Shown: piece by piece, positions 13,371 through 26,730 of the stretch
Position numbering within the stretch: the first letter of the stretch is position 1
Layout: each line of letters begins with the position of its first letter
DNA from: Tubiluchus corallicola
Taxonomy: Eukaryota; Animalia; Priapulida
Direction: 5' to 3'
Length of the DNA: 64,000 nt
NCBI GenBank assembly: GCA_030141605.1
Contig: JAQGDQ010000233.1
Coordinates: 1 to 64,000, forward strand
Notes under the pieces: model-generated
What the model was told of the DNA's origin: nothing
What the model saw: the letters and a program-made list of their open reading frames with translations, nothing else
Databases searched by the model: none
Made by a program: the position numbers and the translations under genes

Positions 13371-14050
13371 GTAGCGATAAGCTTCGCAATTAATGTGGCC
13401 GTTCTAGGCAGTGTGTAATAGACTTACACTGCACGGCACCGCACGCAATAACGTCCACTTTGCACACGACACACAGTGGGGTGGCCTCGGGTTAATTAAA
13501 AACTGTAATAATCTGTTTTGTAATATGTAATATATGGCCTATTAATCACTAAAAATTGAAATTTGGGCACATGCTAATACGTAAGAAATGCAGGTGATGA
13601 ATTTTAAAGTCTTAAGTTTAAATACTTATTTGTAATAGCGACTCAGAATTTACATGTAAAACAGTTCATTGCAAAAAAGTAAAAGATCAAAGGTCAAAAA
13701 CTAAAAGCTGATCAGAATTCAAACTGTAAGGAGTTGGCAAAGAAAACTGAGTAACTTATTTATGGTTATGCACCTTCTAACTTTCAGTCAGTTAGTGGGT
13801 GAGTGAACGCTAGTCAGTCAGTGAAGAGTTTAGAGTTTAGAAAACATCACCTCAAGTCGCTAATATATATATATAATAATAATAATAATAATATATACAA
13901 TGTAGCGATAAGCTTCGCAATTAATGTGGGCGTTCTAGGCAGTGTGTAATAGACTTACATTGCACGGCACCGCACGCAATAATGTCCACTTTGCACACGA
14001 CACAGTGGGATGGCCTCGGGTTAATTATTAACTGTAATGATCTGTTTTGT
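13371..14050 (+). repeat. ~150-bp direct repeat pair (13371-13521 and 13902-14050)
   Basis: gtagcgataagcttcgcaattaatgtgg..ggcctcgggttaatta..aactgtaat.atctgttttgt, >90% identical, ~380 bp apart. Confidence 0.92.
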
Positions 14051-14057
14051 TTGGCCT

Positions 14058-14258
<201 letters not shown>

Positions 14259-15261
14259 TGTGCGCTATGTTAACTAAATATCTCTTCCATTTAATTATTC
14301 GTTATATTAATTATTGTCAAGAGCGGTGTTACTCTTAATGTGTGTGTAGTGTTTATGCCATGTGGGCCATATACCTGCAATTCTGTGCTTTTGCAGATAT
14401 CAATAAAAAAGTAGTAAGTAAAAATAATTTGCAGCTAGTTAACGAAATGGAAATACGTTGAAGCATATAAAACGTCACCACGCTCCACTTGGAAGTAGGC
14501 TCGCAATTTGGTCCGAAGATTGTGTATCGTACATGCACGATACATACATCCGTTAATGGAATATTTTTACAGAGAAGGTAAGTGTAATTTAAATGGCAAG
14601 CTCTTTACTCTACAACCTCCTAGTTCTGTCGATGAGTGAAGCCATTTACAAATCAATGACAGCCTTTGAACAGATAGGTAGCTTTTAAGGACATCGTTAA
14701 TGACTATAAGTGCAGGAATGAGTTATCTACTTCTTACGTACGTCCCAAAAAGATAAATTTCTCTGCGCGTTAAAAAGAGGATGTCGGAAATTGGATTGTC
14801 TCAAGCTGTTCGGTGACAGTGTCAGCGTTAAAGTGAATATCTCTTTCCTTCCGATTTTTGTTCATTAGCATCAGTTCTATTAAAGTACGATAAACCGAGC
14901 ATTTTCAAAAATTGTCTGTCAGTTAACCAAATCAAAGCAAAAAATTCTGTAAAATTATTTTGGACAGTAGCTGGTTTTAAGAGCGAAATTTTAATATTTC
15001 TTCACAATACTCATGCAGCTGAGCTAACTTTAGAACAGCTGTTAGATGGCAGCGTAGTCGAGGTTCATAGTAGCATAATGTGCATCTATATGTATATACA
15101 TAGTTGGTATTTTAAGCGTCAAATTTTATTTTCTCGACTTATATCGAGTTGCTGTGGGACTTTGAACTCATTGTTGTCATTGATACTTTCAATCACAACC
15201 ACCGCCACTCATTATAACCGCAGGCGCTAGTGCGTTTCACCAACAAGGTTAACCCACAGAC

Positions 15262-15597
15262 GATTATTTTCATTACCATTATCGTCCTCATCGTCGTCGA
15301 CAGCAGTAGCAGCAATCGCAGCAACTGCTGCAACATCATCATCAATAGCAGCAACAGCATCAGGAGTAATACCAGTAGCACCAGTAGTTGTATTAACAGC
15401 AATATAGTAGCGGCAATCGCAGTAGTAGCAGCAGCAGCACAAAAACAATATCAGTAGCACCAGTAGCCATAGCAACGGCAATATAGTAGCAGTAATAGCA
15501 ATAAATAGTAGTAGTGGTAGTGGTAGGAACAGCAGTTGCAGCCACAGTAGCAGAAGCAGAAGCAGCAGCAGCAACAGCAACAACAGCAGTGGCAGCA
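15262..15597. repeat. Degenerate trinucleotide tract (CAG/CAA/TAG/CAT)
   Basis: agcagtagcagcaat..agtagtagtggtagt..agcagcagcaacagc. Confidence 0.9.
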
Positions 15598-16499
15598 ATC
15601 GAGTAACCGCTAAATATCTGCACATATCGAAGTTCCAACAAAATTGGTTTACTTCACAGTCATTCCAGATTATTGGTTTTCTCTCAGTTTCTGTCCCATT
15701 TCGTTTTATGTATCGTTATTGTAGCTAGGCTATTCAGCTGCCTAGTCTACTATTTGCTTGAATTGCGCTGGCTACTCCTACCTGAATCAGATAGCTCGCT
15801 AAACAAATAATGCAACTAGAATATGTAGGTCAACTTTACAGGAGGAATAAATAGAAGCCAAGCCTAATAAATGTTAGACCCAAATGCATTCATTCAGATG
15901 ATTTTTGCAAAACATTTCTCAGTACGACTGGAGATGCCGTGTAATAAACTTTTATTTGCTTACTTTGAAAATTGTTTTAATAAAGGCATGCTGTGTGGTC
16001 GATCTGCATGTAAGTGTTGGTAAACCATTTCAGCATAGTAGTAATTTTTTGTTCAAGTAATTAATTCTGAAAGTAACCAACTAGAGAATTTCTAATAACT
16101 AAAACTGATAAAGTAATTAAAAACATTTTAAATAGCTTGTTTTGCATGAAGAGCAGAGAAAAGTCTAATTATTTGAAAATCTGATAAATAAAGATAATGA
16201 GCAACGAAACTTACCCGTTTACAAACCTCATGAGTTATTTGTCAAATTAAAACGTTATTTGAAAACGGGTTGTAAAAATTGCTAATTGTTTGCAATAAAT
16301 AAAACTACGGCTAGTGCAGAAAGATGTTGCAATAAATTAATGATTAAGGCCTATTGCGAAAATACAAACGACAACTCAATAATTACTTTCGGTTTTAACG
16401 TGTAAGTCACCCAGTTATCATTTTGCCAAAGTCTATTAGTGATTTATTTGTTTCATATAGCTCTTTGAGTTAAATTGCCAATACCAAAAGGTTGTGAAT

Positions 16500-19010
16500 G
16501 TAATATGAAAACAATAGTAACATAAGCTAGGTGCATTTTCAGAAAAACGGGACTCTAGAGGCATTTTCTAAAAGTGGACAAGACATCCAATCTTATCAAT
16601 TTGACTATACTGAATCCGAAAAAGGCAGCTGCCCGCTTAAAGGATTAAGGGAACAGGGCAAAAACGCAAAAAACAAAATGGCTTCCCAGTTTTTGCACAA
16701 ACAATATAAAAAATCAACAGAAATTTCCAAAGAGGCGACTGCGACATCTATTCCATGGTAGTTAACCTAAGAAACCCTTTGTTATTTTTACTTGAAAATG
16801 ACGCCAGTTTTTAAAATTGCCGCCACACAAAAATAAATTATGCCGGCCGTGCAATTACATTAACTTTTTCATCTAAAGATTTATTATAAAAAGGAAAAGC
16901 AATTTATTTTTACTAATTCGACCTTGTTGAATCTAAAAGCTGCTATTAGACCTCAAAGGGGATGAAAAGCGACTTATACAGTTCAATAAGCAAAAACCAA
17001 AATAGCCGCCGAGCTCCCGATTTGCGTTGTTTAGTTATAGTGAAACACTTGCTCAATTCGTCTAAAACTTTCAGTTTGCACAATCCTAGAACACATTAAG
17101 TTGATTAATTCCAGACTGCAATGTCGAAGGCAAATCGAAAATTATCCAATATGGCCACCATTTTCGGATGTCTGCTACTAGTCTTTAAAAGCCAAATCTT
17201 AGGTGTTAGAGCTGATAAAATAACGGTTTTGGTATCTAAATATAGGTTTTCAAGGCCAAGGAACCCATATATGAGGCTTAAGAACACCTACGATATCGAT
17301 AGTTGCCAAGACGGTTAATACAGAAGCGGCAGCCGCTTCTGTAGTATATTATGAGCTGTATTGAATGTTCATAATGGATTTTGTGTTTGTATATAGGTTT
17401 TAAAGGTCCATGATTTAGAGAAGTATCCAATATAACAGACAATTTTTAAGATGGCCGAAAAAATGGCTGTTACTAGCTTATAAAGTCCTTATCTTAGGCC
17501 ACATGAAATTTAGAACTCTGCTTTTTCAGTGCCTATAGCTTTTTCAGCAATATGGCTTTATACGCTGGTGACAGCCATCTTTTCGGCCATTTTGAAAATG
17601 GCAGCGTTATTGAGTGTTACCCTAGGTTCATGATCTTTAAAACCTATATTTAGATACTAAAATCATCACTTTACATCCAGCAGAACATTTTGGCAGCCAT
17701 CTTGAAATCCTGAGCATGTCACAAGCGTCAAAAGTGATTTTTCCACTTGAATAACTGCATTTACACACCAAAATCATCATGTTATTTGTTCTAACAGCTA
17801 CGATATGGCCTTTATATGGTAACAACAACCTTCTTGTTGGTCATCTTGAAAACTGCGGCCATTCTGAGGATTTTCGATTGACCCCATACACAAGATTAAT
17901 CTCCTTGATGAGTTCTAGCATTATGTAAAATTAGTTTTTAGGCGAAACAAGGAATCATTTCATCATTCTATTCAAATGGGTCTCGCGTTTAACCAGTGAC
18001 CATTTTCTTTTTTGCTTATTGGACTGCTTTAGTCTTTTTGGCGTATGTTTCGAGTCTTTGCAGTTTTTAGATTCAAAAATGTTGAATTGATGAAAATTGT
18101 GGGTGCTAACGGCACCTAGTTAACGTTTTCGAAATCTTTTTAGTTTACCATTTTTAACTTTGTTACACATTAGAACCAATCAGATATCAGAAGCCAACTT
18201 TAGATATATTCACATGATCTACATGACCTAATTTACCTGTTCATACGTACACGTGTACGATTATAGCTCTTTCTTTCTACCGTAATTCTGGTGAACCTAT
18301 TAACTGCTGTTTTTTTTGTTATCCGGGATGCCATTTTAGTCATCAAATTGTAAGTTTTAATAATTTAGATTAAATTATCTTTGTCTTGTAGATAATCTGC
18401 TATTTTTGTTATAGATCAGAAATCGTTTAGGTGATTATAGCTGTAATAAACTGCTGAAATTTCCTATTTTCACCTGTTAATCTGATAATTATTTTTCTAT
18501 TGTATGCTTCTCTCTATTATCGAATCGCATCTTTACACTGAATAAATTAACTTCTGGTTTATCGCACCAAATAGAGCCAGATTTAGCTTTTCCTTGGACA
18601 TTTTACTTGGGTGTATCCACAAAAATAATTTGGTTTTTGTTTTATAATAAGTGTTTGAGTGAAACAGCTAATATTAGTTACATGATCGGCATGATTTCGT
18701 TTTGCATGACAGCAATCCTGAAAATTGGCTGCAACATTTAAGAAATGGAAGTAACCGAAATAGATTAGTTACATCAGGTTACCATAGAGTAGATGTCATA
18801 ATCGCTTCCTTACAATAATTTTCTGGAAATTTCTTCTGATTCATAAAACTTGTGCAAAGATTTGGCGGCCATTTCGCTTTTTGCACTTTCGTTGCTCACT
18901 TTTAGAAAAAAACGTCCCCAGACCTTTATAGAAACACCTTTTTCAGAATTTTAGTCTAAACACCTTCTTCTAGTCTATATGGACCAATTGGCTGTTTTAG
19001 TAGCATTTAT
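16500..19010. mobile_element. ~2.5-kb decayed non-autonomous DNA element with long degenerate TIRs and internal sub-repeats
   Basis: 16665-16770 (gcaaaaaacaaaatggct..ttgcacaa..gaaatttcca..gacatctattccatggta) is inverted at 18775-18890. Internal repeats gtatctaaatataggtttt (17232), tataggtttt (17391) and aaaacctatatttagatac (17639), plus many aaaatggc/gccat(c/t)tt motifs. Confidence 0.6.
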
Positions 19011-19934
19011 ACTTTAATGTAAAAAACGTTAGGTTGTAAGCTTATTTAGCTTATAAATATAAGATACGTCTTTTTAAGATCCACAAAAATAAAACTTTTC
19101 ATATTGGCAACTTAACCATTCCATGTTATGGGGCATAGACAATGGTGCAGTGAAAACATAAGTGTGCTGTGGCGTCTGCCAGAGGGTAAATGACACTGGA
19201 CATAGGTCATTTCGATTCAGTTCAGTTCAATAACTCTAACGCCAGAGTCATGAACCTTGCAATGTAGGATGTGAGACAACGCTACGGCTAAAAAAAGCTG
19301 AGGATTGTTTAAAACCCAGAAATACGGTGAACAAACTGGAAAATCAGAGTGAACTGCTCAGTCTCACAATGAGCAGACCGCACTAGCACAGTTAATTAAT
19401 AATTAGTTACGGGTACCGAGCCCACTGGTCAACCACACATGAGTGCTCAAAATTTATTCAATCTCATTTTGTTTAAAATTTGCAGAAAGTCATCCCCGCC
19501 TTTCCTACCGTTGAAAATCTTCAGAGCTGTAAGCTTTCAATTTCTAAACAGAGAATAAAGTCTGGCGACACTTACATGTATGATTTATCCGATTAGTAGA
19601 AATCTTTTTCAGCAAATTGGAAAATAATCAGCCACGTAATGCGCTGTAATTAGTTTAACAACGCCGCGCGCCATTAACTTATTAAAACTGTAAATTTTTG
19701 CACAACGTTTCGTAAAGTTGTTACATTATTAATTCATTTAGCTGCATTTAAATAAAACACAAAGAAATAAAGCATAAAGAGAGGACGTAGCGATCAAAAG
19801 CAAAAGACGAGAACAAAACGCATCCAGTTTTTACTACCATTAATATGTTTTTATTTTGACCATTGATTAACAGCTAAGTATTTACCACATTTGTGGCATG
19901 AACTGGGTAGTATGGGTTGTTACAGGCGACCATC

Positions 19935-20097
19935 TTGGCTTTGGCTTGGGCTTGGGCTTGGGCTGGGCTGGGCTGGGCTGGGCTGGGCTGGGCTGGGCTT
20001 GGATTACATTACATTACATTACATTACATTACATTACATTACATTACATTACATTACATTACATTACATTACATTACATTACATTACATTACATTAC

Positions 20098-20126
<29 letters not shown>
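19935..20126. repeat. Compound microsatellite (GGGCTT/GGGCT)n-(ATTAC)n-(TAT)n
   Basis: Direct inspection. Confidence 0.97.
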
Positions 20127-20128
<2 letters not shown>

Positions 20129-20735
20129 AACAGAATACAAAAAACAAAACAAAAGGGGCAAAAAAGGAGGCGCAAAAATTGGCGAAAACTTCTTTTGAGC
20201 CTCAAGAAGACAAGAAAACCGCGAAAATTAAAACGCCCACAGCTAAAATTGGATTAATGCTATAGTCACAAGGTGCATTTGAAGGTGAGGAATTTTCATT
20301 TTTCAATGCCAGATGTATTGTATGCCTGTATACGTATCGTACTGATATCACTTAGGGCTCTATTATTTATAGTGAATAATTAGGTTAGTCAATGTTAATT
20401 CAAACGTTCACCCAGCTTATTAAGCATTACCTCTTTCGTCCCATTTATTTGTTTATTTGTTTGTTTATTTATTTCATTATTTGTTTCTTATTATTATTCA
20501 AGACTCTAATTTGGTATAACGCGTCGATCTTCGAAGTGCTATTTTTAGGTTTCATATTTCAGTTTCAATTTTCGTTTTATTTCATTTTATTAAAATGTTA
20601 TTTTCTGTCTCACGGGGGGGGGGGTGATGATGATAACTCTTTTATTGCAAATAAATGGGGGGGGAGGGAAAACCAAAAATGTAGGGTCTGGGACAGTAAT
20701 GCTTCGAGTTTTGAGCAGCAATAGCCTATAACTTA

Positions 20736-20950
20736 TCAAATGAAAGCTCTTGGTGTAAGGCGAATTGAATGGTGTAGGTTACGCCGAGGTTGGTACCTTT
20801 CTGACCCTACTAGGGGGCAAAATATGGGTCGCGTTACAAATGCCTTATGTGTCGAGAGACAGTAGCTTGTAGTACATCTCAATGAAAGGTATCATTGAGA
20901 TGATTTGAATGACGTAAGTTGACGCCTTAATAGGTTTACCTTTGACACGC
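20736..20950 (+). repeat. Two degenerate ~70-bp copies 140 bp apart (DNA-transposon subterminal-like)
   Basis: aatgaaag.t..t..ttgaatg..gta.gtt.acgcc....tacctt at 20736 and 20876. Confidence 0.5.
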
Positions 20951-21134
20951 GAGTCACAAGTTGAAAGTTACAAGGTGTAATTTCGTTGTGAAGTGCTCAA
21001 CGGTAATCAAACAATGAAAATTCAGTAAAATCATAGTCACATATTTCAAACAAAAGGCTGACTAGTTAGGCCTAATTCTGTAACGATTGTTTGCAAAATC
21101 TTCAACTCCTGACTGTATCAGAAAGATTTGTCAA

Positions 21135-22264
21135 CTAGTTATAATTATGACCCAGAGGGAAAATAAACCTCTGGATGTGCTAATGTTCAGTCTAAATATA
21201 ATTAAATGAAACATTTTTCACTAATATAAGTTGTTTAAGAAAGACTGTTACTAATTATGTTTCAGAAAAAATCTGCCTTTAAACGTCAAGTCGAGCCACA
21301 AATACGACATAAATAAACGAGTACTTCATATGAAAGTCAAGCATTTGTTGTAATCTAGCTGCGTTAAAGAAGTTAGAGAAATACTTCTTTCGTTTTAATA
21401 CACGTTATAGTCCACGGAATGCTGTGAAAAATTTGAACGAGACGAATAAATGTAAAAATTGACAAAATTTATTGACCTGCACATCTTGGACTATGGATTA
21501 TTACATATACCATGCAGATGAGTGTGGTATTAGCATATTTAGCAAGCCAAATTTAACCAACTGCCTAAAAATTAGAAATACATTTGTAATGTATACGCTC
21601 AAACCAAAGTTGCGTTCCCATATCTATGTAGTTCATTCTGCAAAAATACAAATTTTCTGTAGTCTACAATTACTACATCTACAAATCTACTGAAATAAGT
21701 GCAAGAAAATAAGTGCTACAGATTACTACGTTACACTAAAAAGCTAAAATGCATACATACATTGTTGGTCCAATATTGAGTCGAGAAAAAGCCAGAATGT
21801 CAGTAAAAGGTAGCATTATAATTATAAGTAAAATTTTAAATGTAACACAGACGTGTGTACATAACAAGTTCCACCTATACAATGTCAGAGTAGAAAAAGT
21901 AGTCTAGCTTGTTGAGCTACAGTCTAATATATTGTGGCTTCCAATGCATATACTACATTGGGAAGGGGTAATGGACCAAAACATTTGCACCTGCAACAAC
22001 ATTCCTGTTTTTCTGAGTATACGAAACCTGTTTTGCTTCCAACACTGAAGTTTTCTCAGTAAGACCTCTGGGCAATCTAAGATTTCTCAGTGAAACTATG
22101 ATCTGCTAGGAAAAACCCAAGATCACACTTCTGAGCAAAACTAGCGAAACATGTGATATCTAAGCAAAACGAAAGTTTTTTTAGCAAGACACGGGATTTC
22201 TGAACGAAAACTAATAAGTTTGGGGGAAAATAGGACGACGGACAGACTTTCCCGCTTTTATAGA
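21135..22264 (-). mobile_element. Possible non-autonomous Helitron with internal ~20-bp repeats
   Basis: Minus-strand 5' end TCtataaaagcgggaaagtctgtccgtc; degenerate (gatttctgagcaaaac)-like repeats 22005-22215; hairpin ccagagg/cctctgg (21152-21174) 13 nt before CTAG|T. Confidence 0.3.
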
Positions 22265-22519
22265 ATTTATACCTATATATTAGTGGTTTTATGTTTTCGC
22301 AAATAAATGGTAATAATCACCGCTAAAAATGTATGATTTGAACACGTCATTAGTCAACGTGTGAGTTTGTGAATTTATTAGACCAATTTGTTGATGCTAT
22401 TTCATAAAATTTTCATTTCTGAGTTACGGTTAGGAGAAAATTATGTTGGCTTTGCGCGGAAATCGTGCGTAATCAGCATCATTACTGCGCGTTTACAAAG
22501 GAAGAAGTAGCGACTTCGC

Positions 22520-23521
22520 AGCATGAAAATGTCCAGTGTTCTAATTACGATCCAAACTGGCACTTGAAGATTTGCATGATCAAAACAATTCTGTTGAAAA
22601 GTGCTTTTCAGCTTCAGTTGCCCGCAGTTTTAGTCTTTGTTACCTCCTGCAGTGTAGACAAGCTTGCATAATATAGACTGCGTAGCGGAGATATTGTTAT
22701 TTTTGCACACATTCGCAGAAAGGTTCGCTGTAATAGCAACGTAAAAACCAGGAAAGATAAAAATAAAATTAAATATACACAATAGTAAAATTTTTGCTTA
22801 CAATTATCCACAAGAAATATGTAAATAATACGCACACATTGGTTACTGCGTGCCACTGGTTTCTCTAAAAGAAACCCAATAAAGTTATTAATGCACGCAC
22901 TTTGCATTTTTGTTCAAACTTATTCTGTTTAACTATAAATATTTAAAATGTATCAGTTGCTAGAGGTTAACTAAAAGTTATGTAAAACTAATGGGTATTA
23001 CAACAGACATTTTTAAATAGCGACTTAAATGTTGTTATGTTGTTGTTGTTGCTGTCGATGTTGTTGACTCAAAGAACATTAAGTAGCACATGCTTTTATA
23101 GTACTATATAATTTGTTCGTGTGTAATTAACCCTTACAACTAGTTTAATACATGTATATAGTTGATTTAAAAAAGATAGCAATATAGTGGAACTAGCAAA
23201 AGATCTTGTTAATTACGAATTCATTTAGTATCATGTCGTAATTACCTATAAAAGTTTAAAATAATTACCATTGTATTAATTTAATACAGGCACAGCGATG
23301 CTAATAACACTTCTGCTGTTGTAAATTTAATTATACTTATCCTCTTTGTGTGAGTCTGTGCTGCGTTCTGCGGCAAACGTTTTGCTGATTTTAGTGAGTT
23401 CTAAAACACAAAATGTGCTCAGCGATAATGTGTGACCATACAATTCACCTGATATATTTTGCGGATCGGGAACAATGATATTTGGCCGCTCCGATCGGAT
23501 CTTCACCCGGGACAACCCCAC
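22520..23521 (+). mobile_element. Possible hAT remnant (C-terminal dimerisation motif + terminal sequence)
   Basis: LALEDL....SVEKCFSAS (cf. LAxxxL..SxxxERxFS); cggatcgg..ccgatcggatc..ggacaacccca at 23462-23520 resembles hAT TAGGG-type ends. Confidence 0.3.
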
Positions 23522-24949
23522 TCCAAGTCTCTTTAGTTCGCTTTATATGACTTCAGCGCTATTCAAGTTTTAATTTTGCAGGCTAAAAAACCAAATTTGA
23601 GAATTTTAATGACAGACTGTTATCTCGACTATTCTGTCTAATCTGTAAATCCAGATTCTGGTCAAAAACTCAACAGTTAAGATTTTTGCATTCTGGCGAA
23701 AATTGAGCATTGTGCCAATAAATCGTGCATTTTAGAATGACTTCTACGACGGCATTTTAACATTCAGAAAAGGAAACAATTGTTGGATTGTTGATTCCTA
23801 TCGGTCAACGTATTTACTAGTAACTTGCGAACGTGACTTCAACATTTTCCATAAAACTTCTCCGTTTTCTACCATACAGCTAATTTAATGTAAGGCTATC
23901 AGCACTTATCACACGCACAAAGGCACTTTTTAGAAAAAGCGAACACGGTAAATGAAATTTATTGAAATCTGCTATTTCAGAAAAAAACTTGCAAACCTGG
24001 TCCTTTACAAATGTCCTTCAAAAGCTCTTGCCTTCATTACCAGTTGTTAATAACTACTTTAATAAAAGTGAAGCCTGTCAATAATATGTTACAGATGAAT
24101 AACGTGTCAGCAGCTCTGGAGAGGAACTATTCACTAATCGTAACAGTCAAGTTGAGATAAGTACGACCAAATGTAGATGTGTTGCAGACGCTCAGATGAG
24201 TACTCATTTGACGGGTTGTTCAATGCTCATGTGTTTAATGTTCAGGGGTTTCATTTACGGTACATAATGTATATTTTCACATATCCGGGTTAGTCCGATC
24301 AGTATTAAGGACGTTTTATGTTAAAAAGGCTTATTAAAGCTTCTAATTTAGCATGCTCTTGGTACACTAAAGCTTGGGTTGTCTTAATTATGTTTTTATT
24401 AATTCGACAATTTTGTTAAATTCTCGCCAGCGGTGTTTAACAAAACTATTTATTATTTGTCGTTATTATTATTCATGGTTATTATTTCTTATATGCTATG
24501 TTTAAAGAAGGGCTGTTATCTGAACACTAGAGCGTAGTTAGTATTTTAGTATCATTGGGAAGTGACTCACCCTAATTAGATGGTAGAATTATTTTAAATA
24601 ATCGGTTTGCAAAACGGTTTATTCGAAAAAGCAAACCGGCTGATGGACAATACAGACGTCGTTTGCTCAGATCAACTTTCTCGGCATACGTAGGACAGAT
24701 GTAGCTAGGAAAAAATTTGTTAGCTGTGTATTAATATATAAGAAGCTTATGGTGAAGAGACAAAAGCGGCTGAGCAAACTAAAAGATACTGGTTGCGGCA
24801 AAGTATTTCTGCCGATATTTGCTGAAAGCCTAAGCCTTACCTGAAGTTAATGAGAAATGAGCTTATGGCTAATTTGTCAAAGAAAACGGCAACGAAAATT
24901 GCGCATAAGCTGGCATAATAAATATATGGTCTCTATACACGTCCGAAAG

Positions 24950-25560
24950 TGGTTAGGATACTTCTCCTGGTTCAATGGTTCATCTTAGAGGCTCCATAAT
25001 AACCCAGTCTCCAGTCTCACAACATTCATCGGTGAGAAGGCGCTGCCAGTGAATGCTGAATTTCAACTTGCATTCTGTGCATTCTGCCAAAGTCACATTT
25101 GAGACTTTCAGTGACATTTTAGAATCAAAGTCAAAATTTAGATTTTTTAGAAAAAAACAACTTGGAAACGGTACAGGATAAACCCATTGTTTCAATTACA
25201 AGCACATTGGAAGGATTTTGTAGTTTTTTTTTCAATGCTAATTAGCTGACATTTAACCTGGACAGCTTTTTTAATGCAATCAAGAATCCGTTTTTTTAAA
25301 AACTTGTAGCCCTTAGTATGAGAGACCAATAAAGGCCGTTCGGTGCTGGGTATAGTATACATAATTAGATTTCGTGAGAAGCCCTTGATTTCTGGCAATA
25401 GCGTTTTCCCAAACACATCCATCAAAGCTTCGCAAAAAAAACTGCACAAAGATTGGTTTGTGCAATTGTTTGGACGTCCTGAAAAAAATAAACGCACTAA
25501 TGGAAGGAGAAATAGATGGCCTATAAGGTATTAATGTTTCGTTTAAGAAGATGCTCATTT
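24950..25560 (+). mobile_element. Possible decayed L1/Tx1-like ORF2 C-terminus (zf-RVT-like)
   Basis: ALPVNAEFQLAFCAFCQSHI/ETFSDILES at 25040-25128, cf. LPTN..CxxC..ETxxHIF.C, with a frameshift. Confidence 0.3.
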
Positions 25561-25873
25561 GAACGAAGTTCGAAGATATTTTTCAGCCCCACGCCTCCCC
25601 CTCTCGCCAGACCTGCACGGAACATTTGTTGTCTTTGTTTTTTTCCAGAAATTATGTGGCTGCTACAAGCATTGCCATTACCCACTGCATCATCATCATC
25701 TTATATGTGTTTTACAAAGAGATGTAATTGTTTGATGTATCTGTTAGCCTGTACCAGTTGTTATCGTTTGTCATTGCATATATTTTCAAGTTTGCGGTAA
25801 ATGTTTTTGCATGGTTTCGTATCATGTTGTTATTGGCGGACTTAATCAAGAGGATATAATTATGTAATTATAC

Positions 25874-25876
<3 letters not shown>

Positions 25877-25956
<80 letters not shown>

Positions 25957-25968
25957 CGTGCGTGCGTG
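25877..25968. repeat. (TG)n-(TGCG)n microsatellite
   Basis: Direct inspection. Confidence 0.97.
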
Positions 25969-26329
25969 TATATTATTTATATTAATATATTATATATATT
26001 AATTATATTATATATCATTAATTAATATAATGATATATATGAGCCCAAGTTCATTGACACTAACAGGTATTACAATAGACACCTGAAAGATTAAATTCGC
26101 TTAATTACAAGCAAGAATATAGAATCTTAAATAGTCGGCAGCCATTTGGGACATCATTTTGAATATCAAATTTACAATTATTTAAAACGTTACACCATGT
26201 TTTTGCAACCTACTCAGCGTGAACTTTAAAATGGTGCATGCTATCAAAAAAAGATTAACATGAATTTCCCAATACACAAGCTCCTGCTTGAACAGCAAAA
26301 CTGCAAAAGTAGTGATCTTTCATTGCAAT

Positions 26330-26730
26330 GTTGCATCGTGCACGGCAAATTATTGTGTCGATAAACTAGCTTCGCTGTTTATCTTACTCGAGAACACCAA
26401 CCGTGTCTTAATGAAATTGCCTTTCCGCCAGCTTCTCATTTGTTAACATTGAACACTCTGAAATCGTCCAAATTAGGCTTAGCAGCATTCGAACTTTTGC
26501 CGAAGTTGTAACCAATTTCTATAGAGTCAATCAAGATCTTTATTTTTGCCAAAAGCTCTAGACATAACTAATCGATAACCACCTCTACGAGCAAATAAAG
26601 TCCCAAAGTCGCACAATCACCACTAATGCATTAGCCGTTTCATGAATCCAGTCAAATTTAATTAAGCCAGTTGAGGCCAACATATCGAACGCTGACGCAG
26701 AATTAGCTAATAGCAATGTGGCTGACTGAC
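26330..26730 (-). mobile_element. Decayed LINE (CR1/L2-like) reverse transcriptase fragment
   Basis: ATLLLANSASAFDML (cf. LLDLSAAFDTV), CISGD...YL, DSIEIGYNFGKSS..FNVN (cf. YGVPQGS..IYVN) and FAVHDATL (cf. FADDT), in order. Confidence 0.4.

Noticed and set aside
15193-15641. Poly-L/A/S/Q ORFs
   Set aside because: Degenerate trinucleotide tract open in several frames on both strands; no splice or domain support.
19891-20257. LHYIT/GLGWA repeat ORFs
   Set aside because: Compound microsatellite.
24100-24267. Open stretch ELFT...KCRC...TGCS resembling copy A peptide motifs
   Set aside because: Preceded by an in-frame stop, no CCx4C exon nearby, and no clear nucleotide similarity; too weak to call.
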